This document shows, in pieces, positions 45,994-54,892 of a stretch of 64,000 bases of DNA; the first letter of the stretch is position 1, and each line of letters begins with the position of its first letter. The position numbers and the translations under genes are program-made. Below the pieces are notes generated by a model. It was not told where the DNA came from, did not search any database, and was given only the letters and a program-made list of their open reading frames with translations. Source of the DNA: an uncultured Planctomycetia bacterium (GTDB lineage Bacteria; Omnitrophota; Gorgyraeia; 2-02-FULL-51-18); assembly GCA_964431835.1 (NCBI GenBank), contig CAYSKO010000002.1, forward strand, positions 22,802-86,801. Direction: 5' to 3'.

Positions 45994-46241
45994 CCCTAAA
46001 CAAAGCCCTCCGAAACAAAAGTTATCCCCAGAAGACCGGGGATAACTCCGAAACTGAGTATCCTTTGACGTATCATCAAAAGAGTCGTTTAACGCGGGCC
46101 CGCCGAACATCCTGGGGATAACTCCCCTTTATCCTCCCAATGTCCTATAATGTAAGTTATGTAAAGTACAGTAGAGAGGGCAGACCCAGCTAAGCTTGTT
46201 TTAAGGCTGTCGGTGACGGACGCGGCGGGCTTTAAAGTAGT

Positions 46242-47375
46242 TTAGAGATTGTAGCTTTCGACGGCCATTCCCGAGCCGCCGGACGAGATCATTCCGGAAG
46301 GATTTTGCGCCACGTAGGTCATGGTGAGAGCACACTGCGTTCCCGTTTCTTCCAGGGTTCCGCGGGCGATGATCGAACCGGTAACGACGGCCGAATTATG
46401 GTTTCCAGACAGAGAGAAGTTACCACCCGCGTAGACCAAGCCCGTCGCGACCAGCCTCCCCTGGGCCGAATTGCCCGTACTCCGGATCGTGATGTTGCCT
46501 TGAGAGAGCATGGCCGGGTAATCGGCGAACTGCTGAAGCGTGGTCGTACCGCGCGAAATCGTGATGTTGCCGGTAGCGACCAGGCAAAGCTGAGTCGTGG
46601 ACTGAGCGTCCGCGATGCTGACGTTGCCGTTTACGAAGATCACGCCGCCGGACGGATTGACGGGCAGCTGGGTCGAAGAATTGTACGTCCTGTCGCCATT
46701 GTAATAGTAACCGTTCGTGGTCGCGATCGTCTGAAAATAATTGTAATCGAAGACGGGGAAACCCACGACGCTTCCGTAGTTCGAATTGAGCGACCCCGCG
46801 ACGTTGATCCCGCCCCCGGAAGAGGAAATTGTTCCGCCTGCATAAGCGTTTCCGGGAGTCGTCAGGTTAATTACCGCACCGGACGCGTTCGCGCGCATTT
46901 CGATGTTGCCCGTCGCGTAGATATCCCCGGTAATATTGCAAGTCGAATGAGCCGTCAGGCGAAGATCCATACTTCCCCCGCCGGCCAGAATATAGTTCAG
47001 CGCCGAGATCGTCGGCTCTTCGACCTCCGCGGTCACCGTGCGCGCCACGCCGTCCACGGTCCCGACGGAGCTCACGAGCGTACGTCCGCCGGTCGTGGCT
47101 ACCGAAGCGTCGTAAGCGCCGCCGGCGAGCGCGGTGGACGGAAAATTTCCGGGCGTCAGCCGGTTGTCCCAGTCGGCGCCGAGCGTCGAAAGCGCGCGCG
47201 CCAAGCCGGCCTCCGCCAAATATTTGGCCTGCATCGATTTCTTGAGACGATTCACGAAAAACATGTCTTGGGAGGTGAACTTGAAAAGCGAGCCGCCGAT
47301 GAGCGTCGTCATGAATATCGCGATCATCGTCGTAATGAAGACGGAGCCCCGTTGCGATCTCAGGTTGATTCGCAT
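46242..47375 (-). CDS. PilX-N-terminal-domain protein with a Gly/Thr/Asn-rich beta-rich body (paralogue 2)
   Basis: QRGSVFITTMIAIFMTTLIGGSLF...QAKYLAEAGLARAL matches the PilX_N pattern. Start at the ATG 7 nt after the upstream gene's stop; the ORF-track start at 47465 would overlap by 83 nt. Confidence 0.6.
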   Translation of the reverse strand: MRINLRSQRGSVFITTMIAIFMTTLIGGSLFKFTSQDMFFVNRLKKSMQAKYLAEAGLARALSTLGADWDNRLTPGNFPSTALAGGAYDASVATTGGRTLVSSVGTVDGVARTVTAEVEEPTISALNYILAGGGSMDLRLTAHSTCNITGDIYATGNIEMRANASGAVINLTTPGNAYAGGTISSSGGGINVAGSLNSNYGSVVGFPVFDYNYFQTIATTNGYYYNGDRTYNSSTQLPVNPSGGVIFVNGNVSIADAQSTTQLCLVATGNITISRGTTTLQQFADYPAMLSQGNITIRSTGNSAQGRLVATGLVYAGGNFSLSGNHNSAVVTGSIIARGTLEETGTQCALTMTYVAQNPSGMISSGGSGMAVESYNL

Positions 47376-47382
47376 GGTTTTA

Positions 47383-48519
47383 TTAGCGATTGTAGCTGAG
47401 CACCTCGAAGTCGGCGGCCGTGGAAGTGAAACCCGGCGGATTGGGCGCCGAATACGTGACGACAAGGTCGTTATGAGCGGTCGGGCTGATCGTCACGTTG
47501 CCCTGGGCGGCCAACGCGCCGGTCAAAGTAAAATCGCTGTGGTTTCCGTTCGAGTAAGTGAAATTACCGCCCGTATAGATAAGGCCGTCGACCGTGAGGT
47601 ACGCGCCACCGTTTCCGTTGCTCGAGTAGGTGAAATTTCCCTGGCAAAGAACCGAGGGATAAGTGCTTGAATGCGTGAAAGTCATGCGCGGGTACGTGCT
47701 GCCGCTCTTCGATATCGTGATATTTCCAGTCGCCACAATGCAGGAGGTGGTGCTTTGCGTGCCGGTGATGTCTATGTTGCCGTTCACGAAGATCACGCCG
47801 CCGGCCGGAGCGGCCGGGATCGGCGCGGCATTCGTATAGCTCCGGTTCGCGTTGTAGTAAAAACCGTTGGCCTGCGCGATTGTCTGGTAATAGTTGTAAC
47901 TCACCGAAGGAAAGTTCGCCGAGCCCGAAAAATTCGGCGCTTGCCCTCCGGAGACCGAGACGCTCCCCGAAGCCGTGATGCTGCCGCCCGCATCGACGGC
48001 GCCCGTGATGGTAAGAAGCGGGCCGTTAGACGCCCCGTCCAGGCTCGCGTTCCCTCCCGAATAGACGTCGCCTGTGATGACGCCCGGAGAGCTCGCCGTC
48101 CCCGTATCGATCGTCGCATTGCCACCGGCGGCGATCGCGTAATCTAAGGCGCCAATGCCCGGCGCCTGAACCTCAGCGGTGGACGTGCGTACCACTCCGT
48201 CGACGGTGCCGGTCGCGTTCACGAGCGTTCGTCCGCCCGTCGTGGAAACGGTATAGCTGTACGTTCCTTCCCCCAGAGATGTGCTTCCGAACGAAGAGCT
48301 CGTCGCAAAAGTCGAGTCGAGGCTCGAAAGCGCGCGCGCCAAACCTGCGTCGGCGAGGTGTTTGGCCTGGAGCGATTTGTTCAGGCGCTTCACGAAATGC
48401 ATGTCCTTCGACGTGAGGCTGAAGATGGAGGAGCCCACGAGAACCATCATGAAGAGGGAGACCATCGTGGTGATGAAGATGGTCCCTTTTTCCGATTGTG
48501 CAAACCGACTCACTTGCAT
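47383..48519 (-). CDS. PilX-N-terminal-domain protein with a Gly/Thr/Asn-rich beta-rich body (paralogue 1)
   Basis: GTIFITTMVSLFMMVLVGSSIF...QAKHLADAGLARAL. Start at the ATG with a GGAGG SD; the ORF-track start at 48549 is an alternative. Confidence 0.6.
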   Translation of the reverse strand: MQVSRFAQSEKGTIFITTMVSLFMMVLVGSSIFSLTSKDMHFVKRLNKSLQAKHLADAGLARALSSLDSTFATSSSFGSTSLGEGTYSYTVSTTGGRTLVNATGTVDGVVRTSTAEVQAPGIGALDYAIAAGGNATIDTGTASSPGVITGDVYSGGNASLDGASNGPLLTITGAVDAGGSITASGSVSVSGGQAPNFSGSANFPSVSYNYYQTIAQANGFYYNANRSYTNAAPIPAAPAGGVIFVNGNIDITGTQSTTSCIVATGNITISKSGSTYPRMTFTHSSTYPSVLCQGNFTYSSNGNGGAYLTVDGLIYTGGNFTYSNGNHSDFTLTGALAAQGNVTISPTAHNDLVVTYSAPNPPGFTSTAADFEVLSYNR

Positions 48520-48545
48520 GGCTCCCCCTCCCCTCCCGGTTGTCG

Positions 48546-50588
48546 TCATTTACCCGTGTTCCGGGCCGTCTCTTCGGCGTTCAGGGACGCTTCGTAAGTC
48601 CTTCCCCGGTATTCGTCGGACGCCGTCAGTTTGATTTCGATGCCCTTCACGGTTTCCTCGCCGTCGACGAGCACTCGGAACTGCCCGTAGCTCGGCTTTA
48701 AGGTGTAATAGCCGCTCAGTTCAACGAGCGCGGTCTGTCCGGGCCACCGGACGTCGACGTTGTCGATAGTGGGATAAGTGGCGTAGGGGGACGCGCCGTT
48801 CATCGTGGCCTGGAACTGCACGTAACGACCGCTTCCGATGCCGGCGAGCGCGTATGGAGACGAGCTCGAACCCGCGATGCTGGTCCACGCCGTCGCTCCG
48901 GTCATGTCGGAATTCGCGGACGTGCGCGCCTTGAGAAGAACGCTCGCGCTGGCGGGTAGAGTCCGGGTGAACGTCATCGTAGTGTACGCGGGAGCGGTCA
49001 TCATCGTGTCGTAGACCTGGGAGGTCGCAGCGCCGCTCGCCACCCAGCCGGCCACCTCGACGGCTGCGAACACGCGGTCGTCCGAATCAAAGGTCGCCGG
49101 CAGCCATGAAGACGTGACGTCCGTGCCCGTGTCGTCTTTACGGTAGGAATAAGTGGGAGACGCGCCCGCTTCGAGCCAGGTCTCGCCGCCGCTTCCGGAC
49201 GCGACGTTCATACTGACGAGATAATCCGGGCACGCGGCCCCCGGGGTGATCGCGTATTCGAACCAGTTGCTCCAGAGATGTCGGCCCGCCGGCACGGTCT
49301 TCGTACTCAACGTGCCGGCCCCCACCGCGCCCACGGGATCAGCATTGCCCAAAATGACCGTCGCGTTGTCAAAATAGAGCTGGGTTGCGCCGCCCGAGAA
49401 ATCCTCGGCACCGGTTCCGTCCGTTTCGCGGCCCTGGCGAACGCCGAAGTACGCGGAATTGATGACGAGGTCCGAGCCCGCGGACGCAACGAACTTCACG
49501 CGGATCATGTTCGCCGCGCGCTGGATATACTGGCCGTTTATCACGGTACGCACCGTGCGCTGGCCGCTGATGGTCTCCGAGCCTTGAGCGCCGGAGATCG
49601 TCTGCGAGTCCGCCTGCCAATTCGGCGTAAGTCCCTGCGTTTCCCGGCTCGCCAGGGAGAGAACGTAATTTGTGCTCGTGATCTCCGTATTCGAGTGCGT
49701 CATGTTGTCGAAGTTCGATTCGAGCCAGGAGTCGTAAGGCACGTCGAAAGTGATATGGTTCCCGACGGCCGTGCACGCGAAATTTTTGCTGTAATTGCCG
49801 CCCCAGAGAGCGGTCGTGTACGGGGTCATGAGCTCGTCGGCCGGAGAGGCGCCGGACGAGGAATTAACCGTCAAAGCTTCAGCTTCGCGGCTGCCGCTGC
49901 TGGGGGTCAGCGCGATCGAATCGATTCCGATTCCGTAGCTGCTCGACGACGGATTCTTGCCCGTTACTTCAAAGCGCACCAGGTGCGTTCCCGACGTCAG
50001 GCGCACGCTACCGAAATTGGTGTTGGAACTGCGGCTTACACTCGCGGCATACCCGTCGAACGTCGGGCTTTGGGGAACGATCTCGAGCGTGATGTCTTCG
50101 GCTTTGAAAAGCGTGCGGGTCGTGCCGCCACTTACCGTTCCGGTCGTGACCGCGGTATCGAGCTGCGTCTGACGCGTCGCAGAACTCGAATTGTATGTCG
50201 GAAGGACCGTCCGGCGGAATTCGGTAAGCGAGCCGTTCACGAAAATGTGGTAAATGATTGTCGAATCCCACGCGATTTGTCCGCTCGACATCGTATAAAA
50301 CCCGTTTCCGTTCCGCGTGGCGCGCGGAAGGCTGATGCCGGTATAGGGTGTCGTGTTCGTCGGATAAAAAAGGATCCCGTTTCCATCAGAAAGACGCGTA
50401 TCCTCCTTCACTCTCTCCATGGCGCTCTCGATCTGAACCCGAAGGGTGCTGCGGACGCTCTCCTCCTTCCATATCTTCGTGGAATACGTCCAGGCGCTGA
50501 TAACCGACATGAGGAAGGCGCCGCCCAGTCCGAGGGCGACCATCGCCTCGACGAGGGAAAAACCGACAGCGGATCGATTCAAGCGCAT
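48546..50588 (-). CDS. Large (680 aa) prepilin-type protein (putative pilus-associated adhesin or minor pilin)
   Basis: MRLNRSAVG then FSLVEAMVALGLGGAFLMSVI (canonical class III signal), followed by about 640 aa of Ser/Thr/Gly-rich beta-rich sequence. Confidence 0.65.
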   Translation of the reverse strand: MRLNRSAVGFSLVEAMVALGLGGAFLMSVISAWTYSTKIWKEESVRSTLRVQIESAMERVKEDTRLSDGNGILFYPTNTTPYTGISLPRATRNGNGFYTMSSGQIAWDSTIIYHIFVNGSLTEFRRTVLPTYNSSSATRQTQLDTAVTTGTVSGGTTRTLFKAEDITLEIVPQSPTFDGYAASVSRSSNTNFGSVRLTSGTHLVRFEVTGKNPSSSSYGIGIDSIALTPSSGSREAEALTVNSSSGASPADELMTPYTTALWGGNYSKNFACTAVGNHITFDVPYDSWLESNFDNMTHSNTEITSTNYVLSLASRETQGLTPNWQADSQTISGAQGSETISGQRTVRTVINGQYIQRAANMIRVKFVASAGSDLVINSAYFGVRQGRETDGTGAEDFSGGATQLYFDNATVILGNADPVGAVGAGTLSTKTVPAGRHLWSNWFEYAITPGAACPDYLVSMNVASGSGGETWLEAGASPTYSYRKDDTGTDVTSSWLPATFDSDDRVFAAVEVAGWVASGAATSQVYDTMMTAPAYTTMTFTRTLPASASVLLKARTSANSDMTGATAWTSIAGSSSSPYALAGIGSGRYVQFQATMNGASPYATYPTIDNVDVRWPGQTALVELSGYYTLKPSYGQFRVLVDGEETVKGIEIKLTASDEYRGRTYEASLNAEETARNTGK

Positions 50589-50589
50589 T

Positions 50590-51009
50590 TCATCCTCCGT
50601 TGTAAATCACGGTCGTGACTTCCATGGCGCTCGGGCTTTGAGTTCCCCTGAATTCGTACCAGACGCTCACGTCGGCACGCGTCAAGAGCGGATCGGAATT
50701 GTAACTCGTCGTGATCGTGGTGGTGCGCAAATATGTTCCGTTGGCGTCGGACTCTCCGTCCTGATTGATGCGGATTTGAGACGCTTCACCAGCGTCCGCG
50801 AGCGAAGAAAAGTCAGTGGTCTTCAAGCGTTCGACGTGATTTTTGGCCAGGTTGAACGCGGTATAAGCCATTTCCGCGCGTCGGGCGAGCGTCACGGACT
50901 GGGTGAAAACCCCCAGAAGCGCGGCTATTCCGATCGCGAAAAGCGTCACCGCGATCATGAGTTCGACTAGGCTCGTTCCCGTTTGAGAGGTTCTTAGGCG
51001 CATATGCAA
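50590..51009 (-). CDS. GspH/FimT-like pseudopilin
   Basis: ...RTSQTG then TSLVELMIAVTLFAIGIAALLGVF (Gly-1, Glu+5). Confidence 0.65.
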   Translation of the reverse strand: MHMRLRTSQTGTSLVELMIAVTLFAIGIAALLGVFTQSVTLARRAEMAYTAFNLAKNHVERLKTTDFSSLADAGEASQIRINQDGESDANGTYLRTTTITTSYNSDPLLTRADVSVWYEFRGTQSPSAMEVTTVIYNGG

Positions 51010-51150
51010 TTATTATCAATAATTATTAAGACATGTATAATCCTAATTAAAAGTATACCATAATTGACTCAAAAGGGAAGGCCCTCCTCCCTCCCCATGC
51101 GGGTCGGAAGAAGGGCCTTTTAATACGACTAACGTCTTACCGGGAAGTTC

Positions 51151-52542
51151 TTAGAAGACCACCTTCACTTCGGTGATGTATTCGCTAGCCGTATCGTCGT
51201 TCGGCGAGAGGTACTGATCGCCGGCGAAGAACCAGTTGGCCATGAAGGTGAAAGTCACGTCTTCCGTGTACGAGTAAATGGCGGCGAGATCGAGCTCGGT
51301 GCCGATATCCTCGTTCAGGGTCGAAGTGCCGGCTCCGGCGACGTCCTCGTCGTTCCAGAACCACCACCAGTTGGCCGTCAGCTTCAGATCTTCGAGCGGA
51401 TTCATCGAACCATACACCGAAATGTGGTTCTGGTTCTGACCCGCGACCTGATCCGTCGTCTGCGCCGTCTGGAAGTACGTCTCCTTGTAGTCGTGGATCC
51501 AACCGTAGACCGGCAGGCGGAACGAACCGTTCCAAGAGCCGTATTCTTCGGTGGTCGCGCCGAGGTTGTCGTCACCCGACAGGTGCACGAACTGGAGGCC
51601 GAGCATCGGCTTCCAGACGTAGTCGAAGCGGTACTCGGCGAAGATATCCATGCCGAGCGCGGAGCGATCGCGGATCGGACCCGTCGTCGCGGCGTAATCG
51701 CCGAACTGGTATGCGAGTTCCGCGCCCAGGGTCATCTGCGTGATCGGGTCGAACTGCACGCGGCCGCCGACTGTGTGCGTGTCGCTGGTACGCGTCGCAC
51801 CCCCGACGTTGGGACCGGCGCGATCGATGTCACCGACCCAGTAGCCTTCCGCCACCGCGTTGTATTCCGCGAACTTGTAGTTCACGTTCGCGATCCACAG
51901 GTCACGGTCGTCTTCCGGGTTGTGGGAGTTCTCGTCGATCTTGGAGTAGACGAGGTCGACGGTCCACGGGTTGAAATCAAGCGTCGCACGGATCGCGTCG
52001 AACGACTGGATCTGCGTGAACTCGTCCGCTTGGATCGAGTTCGCGGGATCCTGCGGGTTCCAGCCGACGATGAAGCCGCGACCGAACACGATGTCCTGAC
52101 GGCCGATCGTGAGCGTGAGAGGAGCGTAGAAGATCTCCTTCATCTGCACGTAGGCCAAATCGAGCATCAAGTCGAACTCCTGGGTCGCGTTGGCGCCGCC
52201 GGCGCTGAACACATCGGCGTTCCAATCACGCTGGTTGATCACGTTCACGACGGTTGAGACGTTGTCCGTCAGATCCGCGCTCACCTGCACCTGCGTGATG
52301 CTCATGAAGTACGTGTCCCCGTCGGAACGCTGCGTCGCCGTACCGCCCGTGAGAGCGGCGCCCGGAGCGAGCGAACCGATGTCGTTCCCGCTGTTCAGGT
52401 CGAAGTTATCGCGGGCGATCGCATAAGCGTCGAGCGAACCCGACACCTTGACGTTCTGCGTTTCTGCGAACGCGGAAGCCGAAACGGCCAGCGCGAGCGC
52501 GAAAACGAACATAGCTTTGAATGCCTTCAAGTGTGCCTCCAA
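51151..52542 (-). CDS. Outer-membrane beta-barrel protein (porin-like) with a C-terminal Phe
   Basis: Signal peptide, alternating amphipathic beta-strand pattern, aromatic girdle residues and a terminal ...EVKVVF. TTG at 52530 with a GGAGG SD is an alternative start. Confidence 0.55.
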   Translation of the reverse strand: MEAHLKAFKAMFVFALALAVSASAFAETQNVKVSGSLDAYAIARDNFDLNSGNDIGSLAPGAALTGGTATQRSDGDTYFMSITQVQVSADLTDNVSTVVNVINQRDWNADVFSAGGANATQEFDLMLDLAYVQMKEIFYAPLTLTIGRQDIVFGRGFIVGWNPQDPANSIQADEFTQIQSFDAIRATLDFNPWTVDLVYSKIDENSHNPEDDRDLWIANVNYKFAEYNAVAEGYWVGDIDRAGPNVGGATRTSDTHTVGGRVQFDPITQMTLGAELAYQFGDYAATTGPIRDRSALGMDIFAEYRFDYVWKPMLGLQFVHLSGDDNLGATTEEYGSWNGSFRLPVYGWIHDYKETYFQTAQTTDQVAGQNQNHISVYGSMNPLEDLKLTANWWWFWNDEDVAGAGTSTLNEDIGTELDLAAIYSYTEDVTFTFMANWFFAGDQYLSPNDDTASEYITEVKVVF

Positions 52543-52749
52543 ATTGCCTTTTAATGGTCTATTTTAGGTAGAGCTTCAGGAACCGGTCTTCACCGGCCGG
52601 CGATCGTGAGCCTTAAGGGTTTCCCCACCTCCTTCCGCGGCGTCATTTACGGTCGCCTTCTTCTTCTTTGAACCGACGTGCCAATCATAGCGGGGTAATG
52701 TTAACAGGATGTAACGGGGGTGTTAATAGTGTTTTGCGGCGGGGCGGGG

Positions 52750-53703
52750 CTACCTGCGCGAGCGGGCGTCGTAGACGTAACGGGCGAAATAAAGATCCAG
52801 CGCGGCGATTCCCGTCGAGTCGAAGATCGTGACGTCCGAAGGCCGCGTGCGGACCTTCTTCTTTCCCGCGACGACCTGCGCGAGATCCGCCTTGAGATCG
52901 TGCCTCTTAAAAAGACCCCTCGCGACGGGCACGTTGATCTCCCCGCTGTGCGAGGCCTGCTCCCAATCGTCGACGACCACCTTAGAGGAAAGGACGAGTG
53001 CGGGCTCGAGCTCTTCCTTCCCCTGCGCGTCCGCGCCGATCGCGTTCACGTGGGCGCCGGCCTTGATCCATGCTTTGCGGACAAGAGGACGACGCGACGG
53101 AGTGCACGTGACGACGATGTCGGCGTCTTCCACGCAGCGGCGCACGTCCCTCGCCGGGGTCAAACGGAGCGAGGCGGAGCCGTATTTTCCGCAGAAACGC
53201 TCGGCTTCGCCGGGCAGAAATCCCCACACGGAAGCGGATTGGAAACGGAAGATCGCCTCGAGCGCGCGCAGCTGGTAACGGGCCTGCAGGCCTGCCCCGA
53301 CAATCGCCAGGCGAACGGGGTTCGGATTCGCGAGGTGCTTTGCGGCAACCGCGGCTGCGGCGGCGGTGCGAAGAGCTGTGATGCCGTTGGCTGCAACCAC
53401 GGCCAGAAGTTCGCCCGTTTCGGCGGAATTAAGGAGGATCGTTCCGTTCACTGTCGGGAGACCCCTGGCGGGATTTTTCGGGTGGACGCTCACCCATTTG
53501 ATGCCCGCAGCACTCCCCTTGGGCGACGAGTAGGCCGCCGGCATCGCTCGAAAATCGTCGCCACCGGCGAGCGTGAGGTACATCTTGGCGGGCATGCGAA
53601 CGCGGCCGGCCGCTAGGAGACGGAATGTTTCTTCGGCGAGCCGGAATGCCGTCGGCTCGCCGAGCGCGGCGGCCGCCTCCGTCTCGTTGATATAAGGAAT
53701 CAC
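52750..53703 (-). CDS. Ornithine cyclodeaminase / mu-crystallin family protein
   Basis: Rossmann motif LAIVGAGLQARYQLRAL and OCD family conservation throughout. Confidence 0.8.
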   Translation of the reverse strand: MIPYINETEAAAALGEPTAFRLAEETFRLLAAGRVRMPAKMYLTLAGGDDFRAMPAAYSSPKGSAAGIKWVSVHPKNPARGLPTVNGTILLNSAETGELLAVVAANGITALRTAAAAAVAAKHLANPNPVRLAIVGAGLQARYQLRALEAIFRFQSASVWGFLPGEAERFCGKYGSASLRLTPARDVRRCVEDADIVVTCTPSRRPLVRKAWIKAGAHVNAIGADAQGKEELEPALVLSSKVVVDDWEQASHSGEINVPVARGLFKRHDLKADLAQVVAGKKKVRTRPSDVTIFDSTGIAALDLYFARYVYDARSRR

Positions 53704-54113
53704 TTCGTCTTTTTAGCCAGGAGCGCGTTGATTCGGTCGGCCACACCTTTCAGGTCGTCGTTTTCCCGCACGTGGATCCGGCGGTCCGCGTCTCCGCCCA
53801 GGATGCGGTCGAGCTCGCCTTCGAGACGCGCGACAGGTCCTGCAAAACGGTGCGAAACGACGAGCGCCATCCTTAAGATGGCCGCCACGACGAGCGGTAG
53901 CCCCACGAGAAGCACCCCATTCACCCTGCGGATGACCGGCGCGAGGTTCGCCGCGATCGCCTCGGGAAAAGCCATCTGGCGCGCCAGGAGCTCGAACACG
54001 ACGTAGTACAAGCACGCCCCTAGGAAAAGCGCGGGAACGGCCATCGCGAGCGCGACGAACCGCATGTATTTCGCCTGCACCGGGTGCCCGGTAAACCATT
54101 TTTTTCTGGCCAT
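53700..54113 (-). CDS. Small membrane protein with a HAMP-like C-terminal segment
   Basis: Two TM helices then VARLEGELDRILGGDADRRIHVRENDDLKGVADRINALL; start at the internal ATG (MARKKWF). Confidence 0.4.
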   Translation of the reverse strand: MARKKWFTGHPVQAKYMRFVALAMAVPALFLGACLYYVVFELLARQMAFPEAIAANLAPVIRRVNGVLLVGLPLVVAAILRMALVVSHRFAGPVARLEGELDRILGGDADRRIHVRENDDLKGVADRINALLAKKTK

Positions 54114-54892
54114 CAGCCGAGAGTCTCCTTTTTTACTTTCAGCGTGAAATCCCCGAAATCCGCGCGCGTCGTCGTCCTCGTGTTGTCCGAATCGCTCATC
54201 ACGGCGACGGCGCCCACGGAACGGCGGGGTTCCTCTCCGAAAAGAGTCCGGTAATCTTCGTGGAGATCGCGAAGCTCCGTCTTCCATCCCCCCGCTTCGG
54301 AGCCTGCCTTTCCGCTGCGGATCACGAAAAGCTTCACGCGGCCGGAGAACGGGCTCGAGGCAACGGTACCTTCCGGCAGACTTTCGTCCCAGATATACTC
54401 GATCACGTTCGTATTGAAAAACGTGCTACCCGGAAAAACCACGTAAATACGCACGGCGAAGTCGTCCTGCCCGCGGTCGGATAGGCGCTCCGGCCTGTTT
54501 TTATCGGGGAATTCCAACGCCCGCCACCGCCACGAAAGGAACACCCCCGGCTCCACGCGGAACTCGGTCCGATAAAAGAGACCCGACGACGCGTTGGAGC
54601 TCGTCGCGCTCAGGTACACTTCCACGCCCTCGGTAACCACCTTATAAGAGGACTTCCCCTTAAAAATCTTCTCCTCCCACTTTTTAAGCGCCTCGGGCGT
54701 GTCGGTGGGAAAGGTTTTCACGACCTCGAAGGGGTCGACGGCAGGAGGAGGCGGTGCTTTGGGAACCGGGGCGGCGGACATTGCCGGAAGCGGAATGGGA
54801 CGCGCGGCTTCTTGATTCAGCACGGACAGCCACACTGCCGCTTCGAGCAGAAGAACGAGAGACAGAAACCGGACCCGTTCGCGCGCGCTCAA
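54113..54892 (-). CDS. Secreted hypothetical protein (possibly DUF3047-like); start uncertain (TTG)
   Basis: Signal-like segment RFLSLVLLLEAAVWLSV, then a conserved-looking block ...FRVEPGVFLSWRWRALEFP...DFAVRIYVVF. The first 200 codons of the ORF-track call look like GC-frame artefact. Confidence 0.4.
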   Translation of the reverse strand: MSARERVRFLSLVLLLEAAVWLSVLNQEAARPIPLPAMSAAPVPKAPPPPAVDPFEVVKTFPTDTPEALKKWEEKIFKGKSSYKVVTEGVEVYLSATSSNASSGLFYRTEFRVEPGVFLSWRWRALEFPDKNRPERLSDRGQDDFAVRIYVVFPGSTFFNTNVIEYIWDESLPEGTVASSPFSGRVKLFVIRSGKAGSEAGGWKTELRDLHEDYRTLFGEEPRRSVGAVAVMSDSDNTRTTTRADFGDFTLKVKKETLG

